NCBI RefSeq assembly: GCF_009914755.1 | Contig: NC_060939.1 | Source of the DNA: the human T2T-CHM13v2.0 reference genome, Homo sapiens | DNA length: 64,000 nucleotides | Reading direction: 5' to 3' (one strand) | Part shown: positions 31,138 through 46,164 of the stretch, piece after piece | How positions within the stretch are numbered: the stretch's first letter is position 1 | How the letters are laid out: each line of letters opens with the position of its first letter | The notes under the pieces: generated by a model | Told to the model about the DNA's origin: nothing | Databases searched by the model: none | The model's input: only the letters and a program-made list of their open reading frames with translations | Program-made: the position numbers and the translations under genes

Positions 31138-32937
31138 TGATGGCAGTGGTGGGCCATCTGGAGTGGCCACTGCCATCATGCTGACTGCAGCAGGGAGGTG
31201 CAGCCAGGACTACACACTCCGTGGAGCTGGCAGGAGCCAGGGACAAGCAGGAGCCAGGGACAAGCAGGAGCCAGGGACAAGCATGATCCCTGCCCTTTCT
31301 GACTTGGGGTGGAAGCTCTCAGGGTGCTGCTGCAGCTGCCCAAGCCATGGCTGTGGACCTGGGCATCCTTGTGCTCTTGGGGCCTGGGAGCAGGCAGGAG
31401 CCCTACCCTCCCAGTCACAGCTGCAGCCACCCAAACTGTGGCTGTGGACCCAGGCATTCCTGCACTTTGGAGGCCCATGAAGGCCTCCCCTATCCTCACA
31501 GGCTTGCAAGTGCCTGCTTCCACTGCCTGGCTTCTTCCTGCTGTCAGTGCTTGCTCTGATCTTAGAGCAAAGGCTGGGCTGAGCCTGGGGGCTGTCACAG
31601 CCTGACCAGGTGTGTGCACGCTCAAGGCAGTGCTGACACACCAGTCCCCTGCTGCCTCACCCCCTCTGGACTTTGGGCACTGATGAGCATGGAAGGGAAG
31701 CCAAGGGGGGACTGAGGGCAACTCAGCCCTGGCCTGCAGACACCTCTTGGCATGAACAGCCTGGGCACCATGAACATCAGTGAGAGGCAAACAGGCTCCT
31801 GGGCAGAAGGGGGCAAGTCCCCAGAGAAGCCCCACCTTCAGGCCAGGGAGGGCCTGAAGGCTGGGGGCCAGGCTGCCAGTCCCGTGGACTGGAGTGGGAA
31901 CTTGTGGTACCTTTTCTGGGCCCACTCATGGCCACCCATGGACCAACTGGCATGCACTTCCTCCCCTCTTAGGCCCATAAAAGCCCCAGGCTCAGCCAGA
32001 GCTGGGCAATGTCAGGATGACCTGCTGCAGAAAGGAGCTACCCACCTCAGGGCCTCCTCTCTGCTGAGAGCTGCAGAGATTATGGAATGACCTGCCTGCA
32101 GAGAGGAGCAACCCACTCCAGGACCCCCCGTCTGCTGAGAGCTGCAGACATGATGGGATTACCTGCCTACAGAAAACAGCAAACCACTCATGGGTCTCCT
32201 AGGAGCTGAACACTCGTTAGGACACCCTGGCTGTGGAAAGGAGCTGCCCCCTGCAGGAGACTTACCTATTCTCTTGCTCAATAAAGCTCCTCTTCATCCT
32301 GCTCACCCCACCACTTGTCTGCATACCTCATTCTTCCTAGTTGCAGGACAAGAACTCAAGACCCATCAAGTGGCAGGGCCAAAAAAGCTGTAACACCAAC
32401 AGGGCTGAAACATGCCCCCTGCTTGCCACGTTGAAGGTGAAGAGAAGGAGGTAAGAGCTGTGGCCCTTTGGGGAGCCCATACCTGGGAGTTCCCTGTGCC
32501 AAGACCATGACTCCCTCTTTGGGGCCTTGCAGTTCCTGGCATCTCCAAGCTTCTGGATGCCACTGTGTTCCCCAGTGCCAGCTGTGGAAGCCGCTTGTGG
32601 TGCACCTGGTCTGGCCACAGCCTTGCAGAGAGCTGGTGCCTGTGCTGGCACCTGGAGCTGCCTGCCCTGGCACCTGGAGCTGCCTGCCCCACTGCAGCAG
32701 CCAGTATATCTGACTGTGGGCAGTGGCCGGACCCCATGCTCACTTGCACACCTCTCACCATTTCGTGCCTGACTTGCCCATGGCAGGCTCAGGACCCAGG
32801 TCGGTAGCATGAGCCAAGCACAGCCTGCGAGGCTGTGGGCAAAATGAACCCAGGGGGCCTGAGCAAAACTCAGGCAGAGGCACCACTGGCTGCAAAGTTT
32901 TTCAGCCAGAAAAATGACAACCAAAGATCCTGTAACA
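31138..32937 (+). mobile_element. MER52-type ERV1 solo LTR (about 1.8 kb)
   Basis: Starts tgatggcagtggtgggccatctggag, ends gatcctgtaaca. AATAAA near 32280. GC-rich with CpG decay. Confidence 0.85.
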
Positions 32938-33771
32938 CTAATATTGATATATATGTTCAATTTACTCCCAATCAAAATTCCTTAATACATTTAAAACAGC
33001 TGCTTCAAAATATTTTGTGAGCTGATTCCAACATCTGAATGATCTCAAGTCAACTTATGGTGACTGCTTTATTTTTTGATTATGAGTCTACGCTTCATTT
33101 TTTCTTTCCATATTTATATTAATACTGGACATTGTGGATGATACAGAGATTTTGATTTCTATATCTTCCTCCATAAAGTGTTGGTTATTTTTCTGGCAGG
33201 TAAACTACTGTCAAATCACTGTAACTTGAGGAGTTTTGGTGTTTCACCTTGCTGAACAGGTGTATGGAAAGCCCAAGTCGTTTGGTAAACCTCTCAACTT
33301 TTGACAGGCCACAAACTCCAAACTGGATCTCCTGTGGTAGGCAGTAGGTAAAGTTCCTGCACAGTTCTTTCAGCCCCCAGCTGTTGTTGGTGAGCCCCCT
33401 GAAGTCTCCCCTGTGCTTGTGCAATTTGGGATTGGCCAAGGATTAAAGGGTGTCTATAAGCTAATCTGGGGACTTCCTCTGAGGCTGTCTTCATTCTAGG
33501 ATTCCCCTCTTTATATTTCAGCCACTCTGGCAGCACCAACTTCATCTCTTGACACCACATGCTAATAATACTGTTTGAGATGTCACATGAACTGGAAAGT
33601 ACCTCAGGGGAAAAGTAATCTAAAAATGGTCTCATCGAGGGAGTGTGGTTCACTTATTTCAAGAGTTCAATCTTCTTGTTTCTTTCCACATTTTGTCACG
33701 CTCCAATATCTTCAAATAATTGGTTTTTAAGAAATATTATGTCCAGAGCTTGTAATTGTTATCTGTGGCAG

Positions 33772-34320
33772 TGTGTCCAGAGTCGGTTCCTTCCGGTGGG
33801 TTCTTGGTCTTGCTGACTTCGAGAATGAAGCTGCGGACCTTCGCAGTGAAATGTTACAGCTCTTAAAGGTGGCATGGACCCAGAGTGAGGAGCAGCAAGA
33901 TTTATTGTCAAGAGTGAAAGAACAAAGCTTCCACAGCGTGGAAGGAGACCCAAGGGGGTTGTTGCTGCTCGCTGGGATGCCAGCTTTTATTCTCTTATTT
34001 GTCTCCACCATGTCCTGCTGATTGGTCCATTTTACAGAGCACTGATTGGTCCATTTTACAGAGCGCTGATTGGTCCATTTTACAGAGTGCTGATTGGTCC
34101 ATTTTACAAACCTCTAGCTAGCCATAGAGCACTGATTGGTGCGTTTTTACAGAGCACTGACTGGCGTACTTTACAAACCTCTAGTTAGCCACAGAGCACT
34201 GATTGATGCATTTTACAATCCTAGCTACAGAGTGCTGATTGGTGCATTTTACAATCCTCTTGTAAGACAGAAAAGTTCTCTAAGTCCCCACCCGGCCCAG
34301 AAGTCTGGCTTCACCTCTCA
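33772..34320 (-). mobile_element. LTR12-family (LTR12F-like, HERV9) solo LTR
   Basis: ggtgggttcttggtc..gctgacttc.agaatgaagc, tandem gctgattggtccattttacagag units, end gcttcacctctca. Confidence 0.9.
34018..34242 (-). promoter_or_regulatory. LTR12 CCAAT (NF-Y) box array
   Basis: ATTGG at 34021, 34045, 34069, 34093, 34135, 34238; the first four have a 24-bp period. Confidence 0.75.
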
Positions 34321-35082
34321 GTGAGGAGGGGTATAGTTAGTCTAAAAAAGTTTTCTCACCATTATAAGAAGCAAAACTTGCCTCAAATTTTTTTGAACAA
34401 TTATTGAAGAGAAACAAAAATATTCTCTCTTAATGAAGTGCAATGAATATTCTTCATCACTATCAAAACACAGATTACATGATAAACAACGTAAGAATTA
34501 TCAAGTTAGCTTATAATACATGTGCTACTGATAACTTTACCCCTAGTTGAGACATTTTTGAACCCAGAGAACTCATTCAAATAATCTTGACTTCTCCATG
34601 TGAGATCTCAAGATTCTGTGACAAGAGAATTAAGAAAAAGTTTCCAGTTAAATCTAGGATCTCTCAGTATCATAGCACTATTGTTATTTCCAGACTATTG
34701 CAAAATAATAATGACGATAATGCATAGCCAGTGTTTAATATATTTCACAATGTAGAATCCTCTTTAAAATCATGTAATAAAATATAATTGGTTATCATGT
34801 ATTATTCTAATTTAGTGTTTCAATGCAAGTAATTTTATCTATAGTTTGTGTATTTACTTTCATAAATTAAACGGGTCTGTGGTTCTTACCTTTGGGTTAT
34901 CTTTGTCAGATTTCTCTATGACACTAGTGCTAGCTGCACAAAATGATGACGCTTACTTTCCTATTCTCTGCAAGAGTTTAGATATTAGAAAAATCATTCA
35001 TTCTTTGAAGAGTTGAAACATTGCACCTATGAGACTGTCTGGCTGTTTTTTTTCCTAAGAGTTAGTTATATGATGGGTTTTT

Positions 35083-36302
<1,220 letters not shown>

Positions 36303-39249
36303 CTATTCAGTTTTTTTTCTTGCTCATAAATAAATTTTAACTCATAACTCCCTTGAAAGTCATATGCTTCACCAAAATCATCAAGTCTATTAGCATAGAT
36401 TTCCATATGGTAGTCTCTTATGATTTTGTAATCCCATTTGCATCTTGGGTTATAGCCACCTTCTTAAGGTGTATTTGTATTTAATTAAGGTTTTTATGTT
36501 AGAACTCAGAACTCAGAATGGTCGTGTTCTTCTGATTATTCTATTTTTTGGGGGGAGTTGATTCTTTTGTTTTGTTTTTCAAAGATCTAGCTCTTGTGTG
36601 TGTACACTCTAAATTAGTTGGTTTTCCAGTTTATTAAAGTCTATGTTGCTATTAATTCCTTGCTCCTTTCTTCAAGTATTGATTTAATTATGCATTCTCT
36701 GACTTCTTGTGTGGAGTACTGATTTCAATTATTTTAATTCCTTTTTATTTTACAATAAATACAGTTAGTGCTCTAAATTTTCCAATAAATTTGGCGTTGG
36801 TATGCTTTGTCTTAATTGTTCTGTTATTTCCGAGATGGCTTATTTGTACATTATAAATTCCATTAAATCATTATTGAAATGTTGTGGGTGACAACTATTA
36901 ACATGAATAGATGCCAAAGATATTTTAAGTAAAAATATTAGGTTATAATCTAGCATCTACAAAATTATCCTATTTTTATTCATTTATTCATTAATTCAAT
37001 AAGTATTTACAATTATCCAGTATGTGGTAAGCCTGTTAAAAATGCCTTTTTTGTGGGTAGATATACATACATATATATATATATGAAATGTATAGAGAGA
37101 TTAATATATAAGAAAAATTATATTAAACATATTTACGTAAAGCTAAATAGAAAAGATACAGGGAAAAAAGCACTAACCCAGACATGGTTATGTGCACGTG
37201 GTAGAATTATTATTATTGTTTTCAATATTTTTTCATTTGGTTATTTCTATTTGCTAATTTTCTACAGTTAAAAGATATTGGATATTTAAATATTATTGTT
37301 GATTTTTTTAAATATGGTTCCTCTTTGACACAGTATTTATATTTCAAGGAATTTTGTCTGAGAAAATAATTCAGCATGTAGCAAAAATTTAGGAATAAAG
37401 CCACTTAATGCAAAGTTACAAGTAAATAAAAAATGCATAATTTCTGTCCAACAATAGACAATGGATAAAATGAATAGTGGGATGTCTATATATTGTATTA
37501 TGTACTCATTATATTACAAAACATACTTATGTGCATTGATATATTTTCCTGACTACATACTCTTAAGTGAAGAAAGCTGTCAAAAAATATATAGAGAATG
37601 GTTATACTTAAAAATCAAACATATAATTAGGTACTCATAAAAATACCTGGAATTTATACAGTACAATTTTAGCTATTTATTTCTGAATTATAATATCATG
37701 GATTGCTTCTACTCATTTATTAATATTTTTGTTATTTTACAATAAACTTGCATTCCTTGTATTTTTTTAAAGAGTTGCAAAGGCTAAAGAAGTAGTGGCA
37801 AAAATTAGGGGGCTGCCAGTAACTGGCTTTTGAAAGAATGTTTCTCATTTAACCTCTATTTTATGAAATTAAATTTTTTTTTCTGGAAACTATAATAAAA
37901 TTAAGATAAAATAGCAATAAATGAAATGGAGGGACTCCTTGGGATTTTTATTGCAAATTTCTATAATGAAGAGTGTGTGTATGTGTGAAATCTTTCTTAC
38001 TAATGAATTAGGAAAATCTTAACATACAAGGCAAGCTAAACAAATATCAGCAAATGCAAACGAAACGCATCCTTATTTTATTCAGGACCAAATATCTAGA
38101 GTCTTGCTGCTATCTAATCCACAGATACAAACTTAATCAGTTTCTCATTAACCGTCACATCTTCATAAAGAGCTGAACTGTAGAACCACTGATAAGGAAA
38201 CAACAGTAATTAGTCAATCTACATGCAGAGCTATCTTGATGAAAATTGTGGCTTTGATAAATTTATTATAGAATTATTGGGAGAGCATAGTGCTCTGAGC
38301 TTCCAAATTATTATTTTAGAAAGATATTTGGCAAATGCATCAAATAATTGTATCATTTGAAATAACATCTATCCAAACAAGCTGATATATAATCAAAAAT
38401 ATTTGAGCCAAAAAGTTCACTGAACTCTTTACAAAGGGGAAAAATTAGAAACAACCTACAAATCTCATCAATGGGATAAAAATTGCTTAAGTTGCCATAT
38501 GTCTGCTCAAGCGATTACTAACTCACTTTTAAATGAGCTGTCATGCAGGGTTTATAATAAGAGGTAAATGCCAAACACATAAAGTTAATGGGAAAAATTG
38601 GGTACAAAATTTTATGTGTAATATGACTACAAACCAAAATATGCAAAAATAAAACTCTATAGAAATAAATTTGAAAGGCAGTATAACAACATACTAATTG
38701 GTTTCTGTCGGTTGCATGAATATAAAGGATTTCTCATTTTTTTTGGCATAATTTTGTCTTTTTTAAAAATTTCCATAATGAACATGTACCATTTTATAAA
38801 AGGAAAGATAAACAGTAAAATTTATGTTTTTAAAGATATTTCTGGGATGTTTAAAAGTTTTATTATGAGTTTCACAGAGCCACTGTCTTTGCATGAAACT
38901 GAGGTATTGCAGGAAACTGAATCTACCATTTTAATTTTATTTTCTGTTTTCTTATTGGCCAAAAGTGTTCTCCTGCTAACTTTCAGTTTTGGGGGTTGAG
39001 GTGAGATTTAAAGAAATAAGTAGTATCTTATATAATGATAAAAGTTAATGAATCTCTTCCACTTTGAACAGTGTGAGGGTGTGACCAAGGCCTTCAGAAG
39101 CAAGGCTCTCCATCCTCTGCTCTTCACACTCCCAGGCTCATTTCAGTGAAGGAGTTGCTTACAGGTCCCTTGTGTTCTATCTTACTTTTGGGTGGCTGCT
39201 TTCCCTAAATATGTCTCCTATGTTATGAGACAGAATAACACTATGGGGA

Positions 39250-39470
39250 TGAGCTCAGCCCTGGGATAGGAAGCCTGGGATTCCAGCCCCAATTCGGTAA
39301 CTTCCCAGCTCTGTGATTTTGATAGTTCTTTGATAATCCTTTCATAGGATAGTTGATATCCTAACTGCTAAAACAGATAATAATAACAATACCAGTACTC
39401 ATTCACAGGGTCATTGTGGGGATTAAATGAGGTAATACATATCATATTAAATGTTCAATCAGTGTTAACT
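39250..39470 (+). mobile_element. MIR
   Basis: cctgggattccagcccc...ctgtga, cacagggtcattgtggggattaaatgaggtaata. Confidence 0.65.
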
Positions 39471-39865
39471 ATTAATGTATCTCATTTGGGTAAGTCAGTA
39501 AGAGCCCTTTTAACTCCCAATTTTAGTTTGCATTTAAAAGCCACTGATACCTCTGAATAAAGGCTCCTTCTTTGGCCTCATGACCTTTATATTTTCATCT
39601 TGTTACTTGCTAGTTCTTATTGGCTCTGCTTATTTTGGAAACTCTACCAAATTTTGAAAAAAAAAAAACTGGCTTGCGGCCTTGAAATGATGAGTTTTGA
39701 TATTTTATACTTGAAAAAGTTAACATTTATTTGCTCATAAAGTGATTATGCTTTTTAATGTATTTCCTCACTGGTAAAATGACAGAGGTAGTGGATATGG
39801 GTGCTTGGGTCTCTTCTATAACAGCAGTAAATGTTCGCAGAAATCGCCAGGAGATCCACGTGAAA

Positions 39866-39980
39866 AATGCAGCTTCTGCTTCCGTAGGGACAGGGTGACG
39901 CCTGAGGCGCTGCATTTCTAACAAGCTCCCAGGTAATGCCAGCGATGCTGGTCAGTGGACCACATTTTGAGTAGCAGGGA
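39866..39980. mobile_element. MER5A fragment
   Basis: ctgcatttctaacaagctcccaggt.atgc...ggaccacattttgagtagc. Confidence 0.75.
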
Positions 39981-42900
39981 TCTGTGATATTACCTTCAAT
40001 TCACGTATTTAACTGGTCAACTATAATGATCCTCCCCATGGTATGAATATTACCTTAAGCAAGATACTTAACCACTCTCAGCTTCATTTTCCTAAAATGA
40101 AAAGTTAAGATAACACTCACCTTCTAAGAATGTTGAAAGGATTCCATGCATCAATAGATGGTGCATTTGAAATTTCTGGCAACAATATGAAGCATACTGT
40201 GGGTGTTAGTAAATGCTACTTGTCTTTCCTTCTCTATTAGAGACTGAGGTAGAGCCTGTCTTAGCCAATGACCTGCTAAACATCACCTTCATAATATTTG
40301 ATGGTGTAGATCATTAGATATTTGAAATTAATGGAAGATCTATACAGGACATATTTGAATGATGGAGGACAAGATGATAACAGCTTACATTTGTTGAATA
40401 ATCACTTTGAACCAGGTTTGTCTGATTCAAGTTCCCTTGGCTCGCTCTCTCTTTTTTTCTTTCTTTTTTCTTTTTCTTCTTCTTTTTTTTTTTTTTTTTT
40501 TTTGTCTTTTTCAAGTTTTTAAGATAACATCATTTGGAGAAGAAGCCATCTTCATGATCTTCATGTTTGGGCTCTACTTCAAAGTTATATCTCAGCCCTC
40601 AGAAGACATGATAATGACTCATAAGATTTCATCTTGAAACGGCTTTTTAAATCCATCCACAGTAAGAAAAAAATGTAGATGCAGGTGGTTTATAAATGCC
40701 CTTTTAGGCTTGATCAATTGTTTGTAGCTATGACCTTAACAGTCAAAAACAAAATCTGGAGGAAAAGAAAATGCCTCCAATAAAAAACGCTAATGCAGCC
40801 TCTTGAGCTTGTGGTGTCTGTGGAAAATAAGAAATGATTAACTTCCTTTTGTAAGTATAACATTACCCACTTCATAATGATGGTATAAGGATTAAATGAG
40901 ATAATCCTAGCTTTTTTTGTTACTATAAAAATAAAGATAGTCTTTTTATGTAAATTAGCTAGGGTAGGACTTGTTTCTCTGTTAGGGTATGTTTGTTATA
41001 GTCTGTTTTAAAAGCACTGTGCATGAGCAGTGATACGATGGAATTAAAGAGAGATTTGCCTATGGGCTTTTCCCTTTATGTTACATAAGGAAAACTTGAA
41101 TTTCACATTTCTAGCCACGTAGTGATGACTTTGGCATAAAGAGTTCACCAGGTAGAAGGTGGCCCCTTGTGCTAAGAGCCAGCATTCTCATGGAAAATTA
41201 AAAACAACTGTTTATTTTTAGCCATGAAAATGCAATCATTCTTGTGCTCAAATATGCTTTACATTACCTAAAAAAAAGTTTATTGGCACTGAGTCTGTTG
41301 TGTAACTGAGGAAACCATTGTGTGCTGTCAAAACACACTAATGTAAAAACCAATCCAGTGAGCAACAGAATGATGGACGAAACAGGTAACAGGGCTGAGG
41401 AAAACTCTTCCGGAGGTTGTAGAGGAAACTAAAGCAGGAGAAAAACTGCCTAGTGCCGAAAGGTTAGAATAAAGACGTTGTTTAGTCACTTGGGAAAAGG
41501 AATTCAAAGTCAGAAAAATGATTACATTAACAGTGAGTGCAATATTTGGCCTGTTTGGATGCAAATTTTTCTTTCCTATTTGAAATGGCGAAGTGTCTTT
41601 GAGATGTCATATGTTTGTTCTCTACAGTGCCTTTCTTGGGGGAAAGTCCTAAATTCCTAAACTTAGAGAGTGGAGGAAATGCTCAGGGTGATTCTTGGAG
41701 GGAGGGTGGAAGTAAGCATTTTGAAAGTAGGTTAACTATAACTAAACCTTGATTAAGGCATCAAAGGAAAACAGGTTGGAATTGACTAATCGTGGATCTC
41801 TTGATATCCAGAATTATTAACTTGATCTCCTGGATCGCTGGGCTCATGTTTGCAGCTCTCAAGGTTATCTTTTACTCTTAATACAAAAGCATTACCAGCA
41901 AACTTTATAATAATTAAGTTAAGATAATCAATACTAAGGCAACTCTGGACAGCTTAGGGGCAGGAAAGCCTTGGTATATAAGCCTGAAATGTTTTCCTCT
42001 TCCTGGTGTAAGGGTAGACGGTAATGACCTAGCTTATTTCCCTTGTGAACACCACTCTGCGAAACTAGCATCTCAGGACAAGCACTGCCCTCATGCAAAC
42101 AGCTACCTCCAAGATGAGATGCTCCCGGAGGTCTCTCTGACCTTCTCCTTGTTTCTGTGAGAAGACTCCACCTTGTTTCTCTCCTTCCAGGAACCAGGTT
42201 GTTTTCTCATTCATCCTCAATATGTTTTATTAGCCATATGCGTTGCTGCCTCCAGGCAATGTACAGGCAATGCAGAGAAGAGGAAATCCAAAATCCCATT
42301 AGTGGACAGGGAAATGGAAGAAAATAAACCCAACGAAATTCGAAAGAACAAAATATAAGCTAGAAACTGTAATTAATGAAAAACATTTTCCCTCCCCAGA
42401 AATGAGTTAATCAGCAAAACCAAAACTTGTTCTTTGAAATGACTCATAAAACAGATAAACCCTAGGCAAATAGGATCAAGAAGGATAAGAAACAAATAAC
42501 ATTAAAAACCAAAAAATCCTGACACGTGGATAAGTATGATGTTTGAAAATTTCAAGAAGATATTAACACTATGAAAAACTTTATAATAATAAATTTGAAA
42601 ATATAGTTGAAACAGACATTTTTCCCCTGGGAAATATAAAAGCAAAATTGGCCCAAATTCCCACACATGTAGAGCCTAGAATTAACCACTGTATTTATAA
42701 TTCCAATTCTTCTCCTCTAGATCTTATCCTATCTTCTGCAAAACTCTACCAAACACTTTTCCTGGGTGGGTTCCTCCAGTTGTATCTACATTTTTCTCAT
42801 TGTGCTATTGTTTGTATAAACAGGGCATGATTAAGGTGACTGGGGGAGGAGGGTGCCTGAGTGATTCAGTGGCATTTGGCCCCTCCATACCATTCCATCA

Positions 42901-43328
42901 AACTCCTCATCCACTCTTCAAGTTCCAGCAATGGGCACATTTCACAGTTTATCTCCCCATTGTCTGTTTCTCCCCAAGGTGTCAGTGATCGGTACATCGT
43001 CCCCTGAATTCTCAGAGTTCACAGATTTCAATTTCTTCTACATCTATTCACTAACACTAATATATTTTTTGCCTCTAAAATAAGGTCCTTTGCTGCAGAT
43101 CAAGACTTCCAACTTGCCCTATACCTATATAGAAAAATGGCTGGAAGGATATAGAGAAAAATGCTAAAAGAAGGTACCATAGGAATATAGTTGTTTATTT
43201 TTACCTTTGTAGTTTTCTGTGCTTTTCAGATTTCTATCTTGAGTCCCTTTTGTAGAGGAGGCCACTCTTATGTTTGCTCTGCATCCAAATATACTGTTAC
43301 TTTACTTTGAATTGAAATCAATCTCTTG

Positions 43329-43406
43329 ATAGATAGATAGATAGATAGATGATAGAGAGATAGATAGAGAGAGAGAGAGAGAGATAGATGATAGATAGAG
43401 ATAGAT
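43329..43406. repeat. (GATA)n/(GA)n compound microsatellite
   Basis: Directly visible in the sequence. Confidence 0.9.
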
Positions 43407-43519
43407 ACGTATGTAAAACATATACAAACATGTAGAGAGGTATGCAACTATACAAAGATCTATATTTTGTATGTGGGTTGATTTTATACCCAAATTTTTT
43501 TATCTATACTTCTTTTTTT

Positions 43520-44180
43520 GGAATTGTTATTTTTTGCAGTGAACAATATGTTTCACAGACCTTTCCACATTGGTACACGTAGGCTTATCTGCATCTTTTG
43601 CAAGTACTACATAGTCCAGATTTACCATGGTGCTCTTATCCCAGTTTTGATGTTCATTTCCAATTTTGCCTGTAACTAACACTGCTGCAGTTAACATGCT
43701 TGTACTTTCATACAGGGCACATGCAAGTGCATCCTTAAGGTAGAAACAGAAATGAATTGCTGAGTCAGAGGAGACATTATTTTTCACTCTAATAGACACT
43801 GCCAAAATTGTACTGTAAATAGCTGCAAAAATTTATACTTACAAAAACAGTGTATATTTATCACAGCACAATTCACAATTGCAAAGATATGGAATCAACC
43901 TAAGTGCCCATCAACCAATGAGTGGATAAAGAAAATACAGAATATACGTATACCATGGAATACTACTAAGCTGTAAAAAAGAGTATTCATTTCTTTACAA
44001 CATCATCAATATTTGATATGATAAAAGTTTGTTACTCTGATGAGTGAAAATTACATTTCTTTTTTTCTAACTTACATTCCTTTGTTATTGGTGAAGTTGA
44101 ATATCTTTTTACCTATTTATTAGTCATTTGTATTTCATTTTGTACAAATAGGACTACTTGTTCATGACTGTCATGACTGT
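43520..44180 (-). mobile_element. Old L1ME fragment carrying an opposite-strand internal L1 piece at about 43855-43982
   Basis: gaattgctgagtcagagg, aatagacactgccaaa, aatttatact. The insert reads gcacaattcacaattgcaaagatatggaatcaacctaagtgcccatcaacc. Confidence 0.65.
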
Positions 44181-44198
44181 TTTCATGAGAATAATGTC

Positions 44199-44494
44199 TT
44201 TTTTTTTGTGAGATGGAGTCTCACTCTGTCGCACAGGCTGGAGTGCAGTGGGTGATCTCGGCTCTCTGCAGCCTCCATCTCCCGGGTTCAAGAGGTTCTC
44301 CTGCTTCAGCCTCCCGAGTGGCTGGGATTACAGGCACATGCCACCAAGCCTGGCTAATTTTTGTATTTTTAGTAGAGATGAGGTTTCACCATGTTGGCCA
44401 GGCTGGTCTGGAACTCCTGACCTCAGGTGTTCCTGAGGCCCGCCTCTGCCTCCCAAAGTGCTGGGGTTACAGGCGTGAGCCACCCCGCCCAGCC
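44199..44494 (-). mobile_element. AluSx-like
   Basis: Full dimer in reverse complement; catgttggccaggctggtc.gaactcctgacctcaggtg. Confidence 0.93.
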
Positions 44495-45187
44495 AATATG
44501 TTTCATTTTGAAACAAGTATCATAATATGTTCCAAATATTATTTTTGCTTTACTGAAGTTCACCCTTTCATAATCCATTCAGGGAGGACTTGTAGATGGT
44601 TAACTTTCTAAATCTGTGCATGTCTGAAGTGTTATTTGGACCCTATACATGTGGGATGTACTTCCAGTACAACTTTTTTGGGTACAGGGTCTTCTCATTT
44701 CTCCTAGAGTTACCAACTGGGTGGTGAATATGGTGAAACACAGGAGACAGACAACGTATCCTGCTCTTCTGTGGTGCGGGCTCCCTGATGATTGCCCTGG
44801 ACTAGTCCCCTCACTGCTCCTCTGATATCTGCACCCAGGCTTGCAGCATCTCTAGAGCCATTCCCAGCTTTCTCAACAGCTGCTCCCTGCTAAGCCTAAG
44901 TTTCCTTCTCCAATCCGATCCCATGTGCCTTCCCCCTTTCAGGAATCCTTACATTTTCTTAACCACTAAGGAAGCCTTGTCTTATTTTCCAGCATAGGGA
45001 TGGATGGTTTATTTTGTTTGTATCTACTTGTGCTGTTATTATGGGGAATACTGAATGTTCAGCATGCGTTTATTCTGACAGCCATTTTGAATTGCAAGTC
45101 CTTTGTGATTTCAAAATGTCAGTAAAGGAAAGCACAAGCAAACACATAAATCATAAATATTTTATCCCTTAAAAACAAAGTGATTTT

Positions 45188-45190
<3 letters not shown>

Positions 45191-45248
<58 letters not shown>

Positions 45249-45250
45249 AT
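45191..45250. repeat. (TA)n(TG)n microsatellite
   Basis: Directly visible in the sequence. Confidence 0.95.
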
Positions 45251-45981
45251 ATTTATCCAGCCACAGCGTTGTGCTCAGTGCTGAGACTGAGGAGTAAATC
45301 TGACCTTCTCATTCTATGGAAGTGCACAGCCTAAGTAAGGACAGAAAGAAACATGAACCAATTAAACATACTTAAAATATATTACATCATGACTATCACC
45401 CAGAAAAACATTCTGCCAAAAACTCTTGTCTAATTGGTAATTATAATCATCGGGTATCTTCCATAATAATAACCGAAGTTATACATTATAATGAGCAAAT
45501 TCATATTCATCATTCCATTTTTTCTGCAAAACAACCCTGTAAGGTGAGAGCTATTTTTATCCCACTTTGCATATGGGAACTATTTTAAAACTCTAAGCAC
45601 ACAGTATTTATCCCTCCCTGTGTACAATAAGTCACAAGAAAAGCAAAATCGGTTGACCTTTTGCAGTGGCCATTCTCCCCAGGGGAGTTTGAGGTCCTGA
45701 GTAACCCTGGGGAAACCAACCAGGCTTGGACCCTCTTCCCAAATCTACTGATAAAAGTTAAGGCCTGCATTTTGCTAATTATATCATTGCTGTCTTAAAT
45801 ATTTAATATGCATTCATCATTGAATCCTCACAAGACTAATGAAGGAGGCACTAATATGACCCCCGCCACACACAGCATTTTCCCGAGGCTCAAAATAGTA
45901 AGCATCTAACCAAAGGTAACAAAGCTAGAAGTGGAGGGATTTGAACCTAAGTAGTCAGGGTTTATAGTTCACACTCAAAAC

Positions 45982-46164
45982 CATGGGTAGGCAAACTATG
46001 GTTGTTTTTGTACAGCCACAAGCTAAGAGTGGCTTTTACATTTTTACAGACTTGTAAAAACAAACAAAAACCAAAGGATAATATGTGATCGAGACTATCT
46101 ATGGCCCACAAAACCTAAAATACTTACTACTTGGCCATTTACAGAACAAAAGTACTGATCCCTG
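45982..46164. mobile_element. MER58-family hAT MITE
   Basis: ggcaaactatgg...tggcccacaaaacctaaaatacttacta..tggcc..ttacaga...ccctg. 8-bp TSD-like ctcaaaac/ctttaaac. Confidence 0.75.

Noticed and set aside
31163-32975. Many overlapping ORFs up to 249 aa on both strands
   Set aside because: They lie in a GC-rich MER52 LTR with few stop codons, and show no recognisable domain or splice structure.
34018-34260. Regular repeats resembling a CRISPR array
   Set aside because: These are tandem LTR12 CCAAT units without unique spacers, in primate DNA with no cas genes.
41340-41480. Purine-rich stretch with a CAG/GTAAC donor-like site as a possible exon
   Set aside because: No convincing acceptor or recognisable peptide; it cannot be supported without transcript data.
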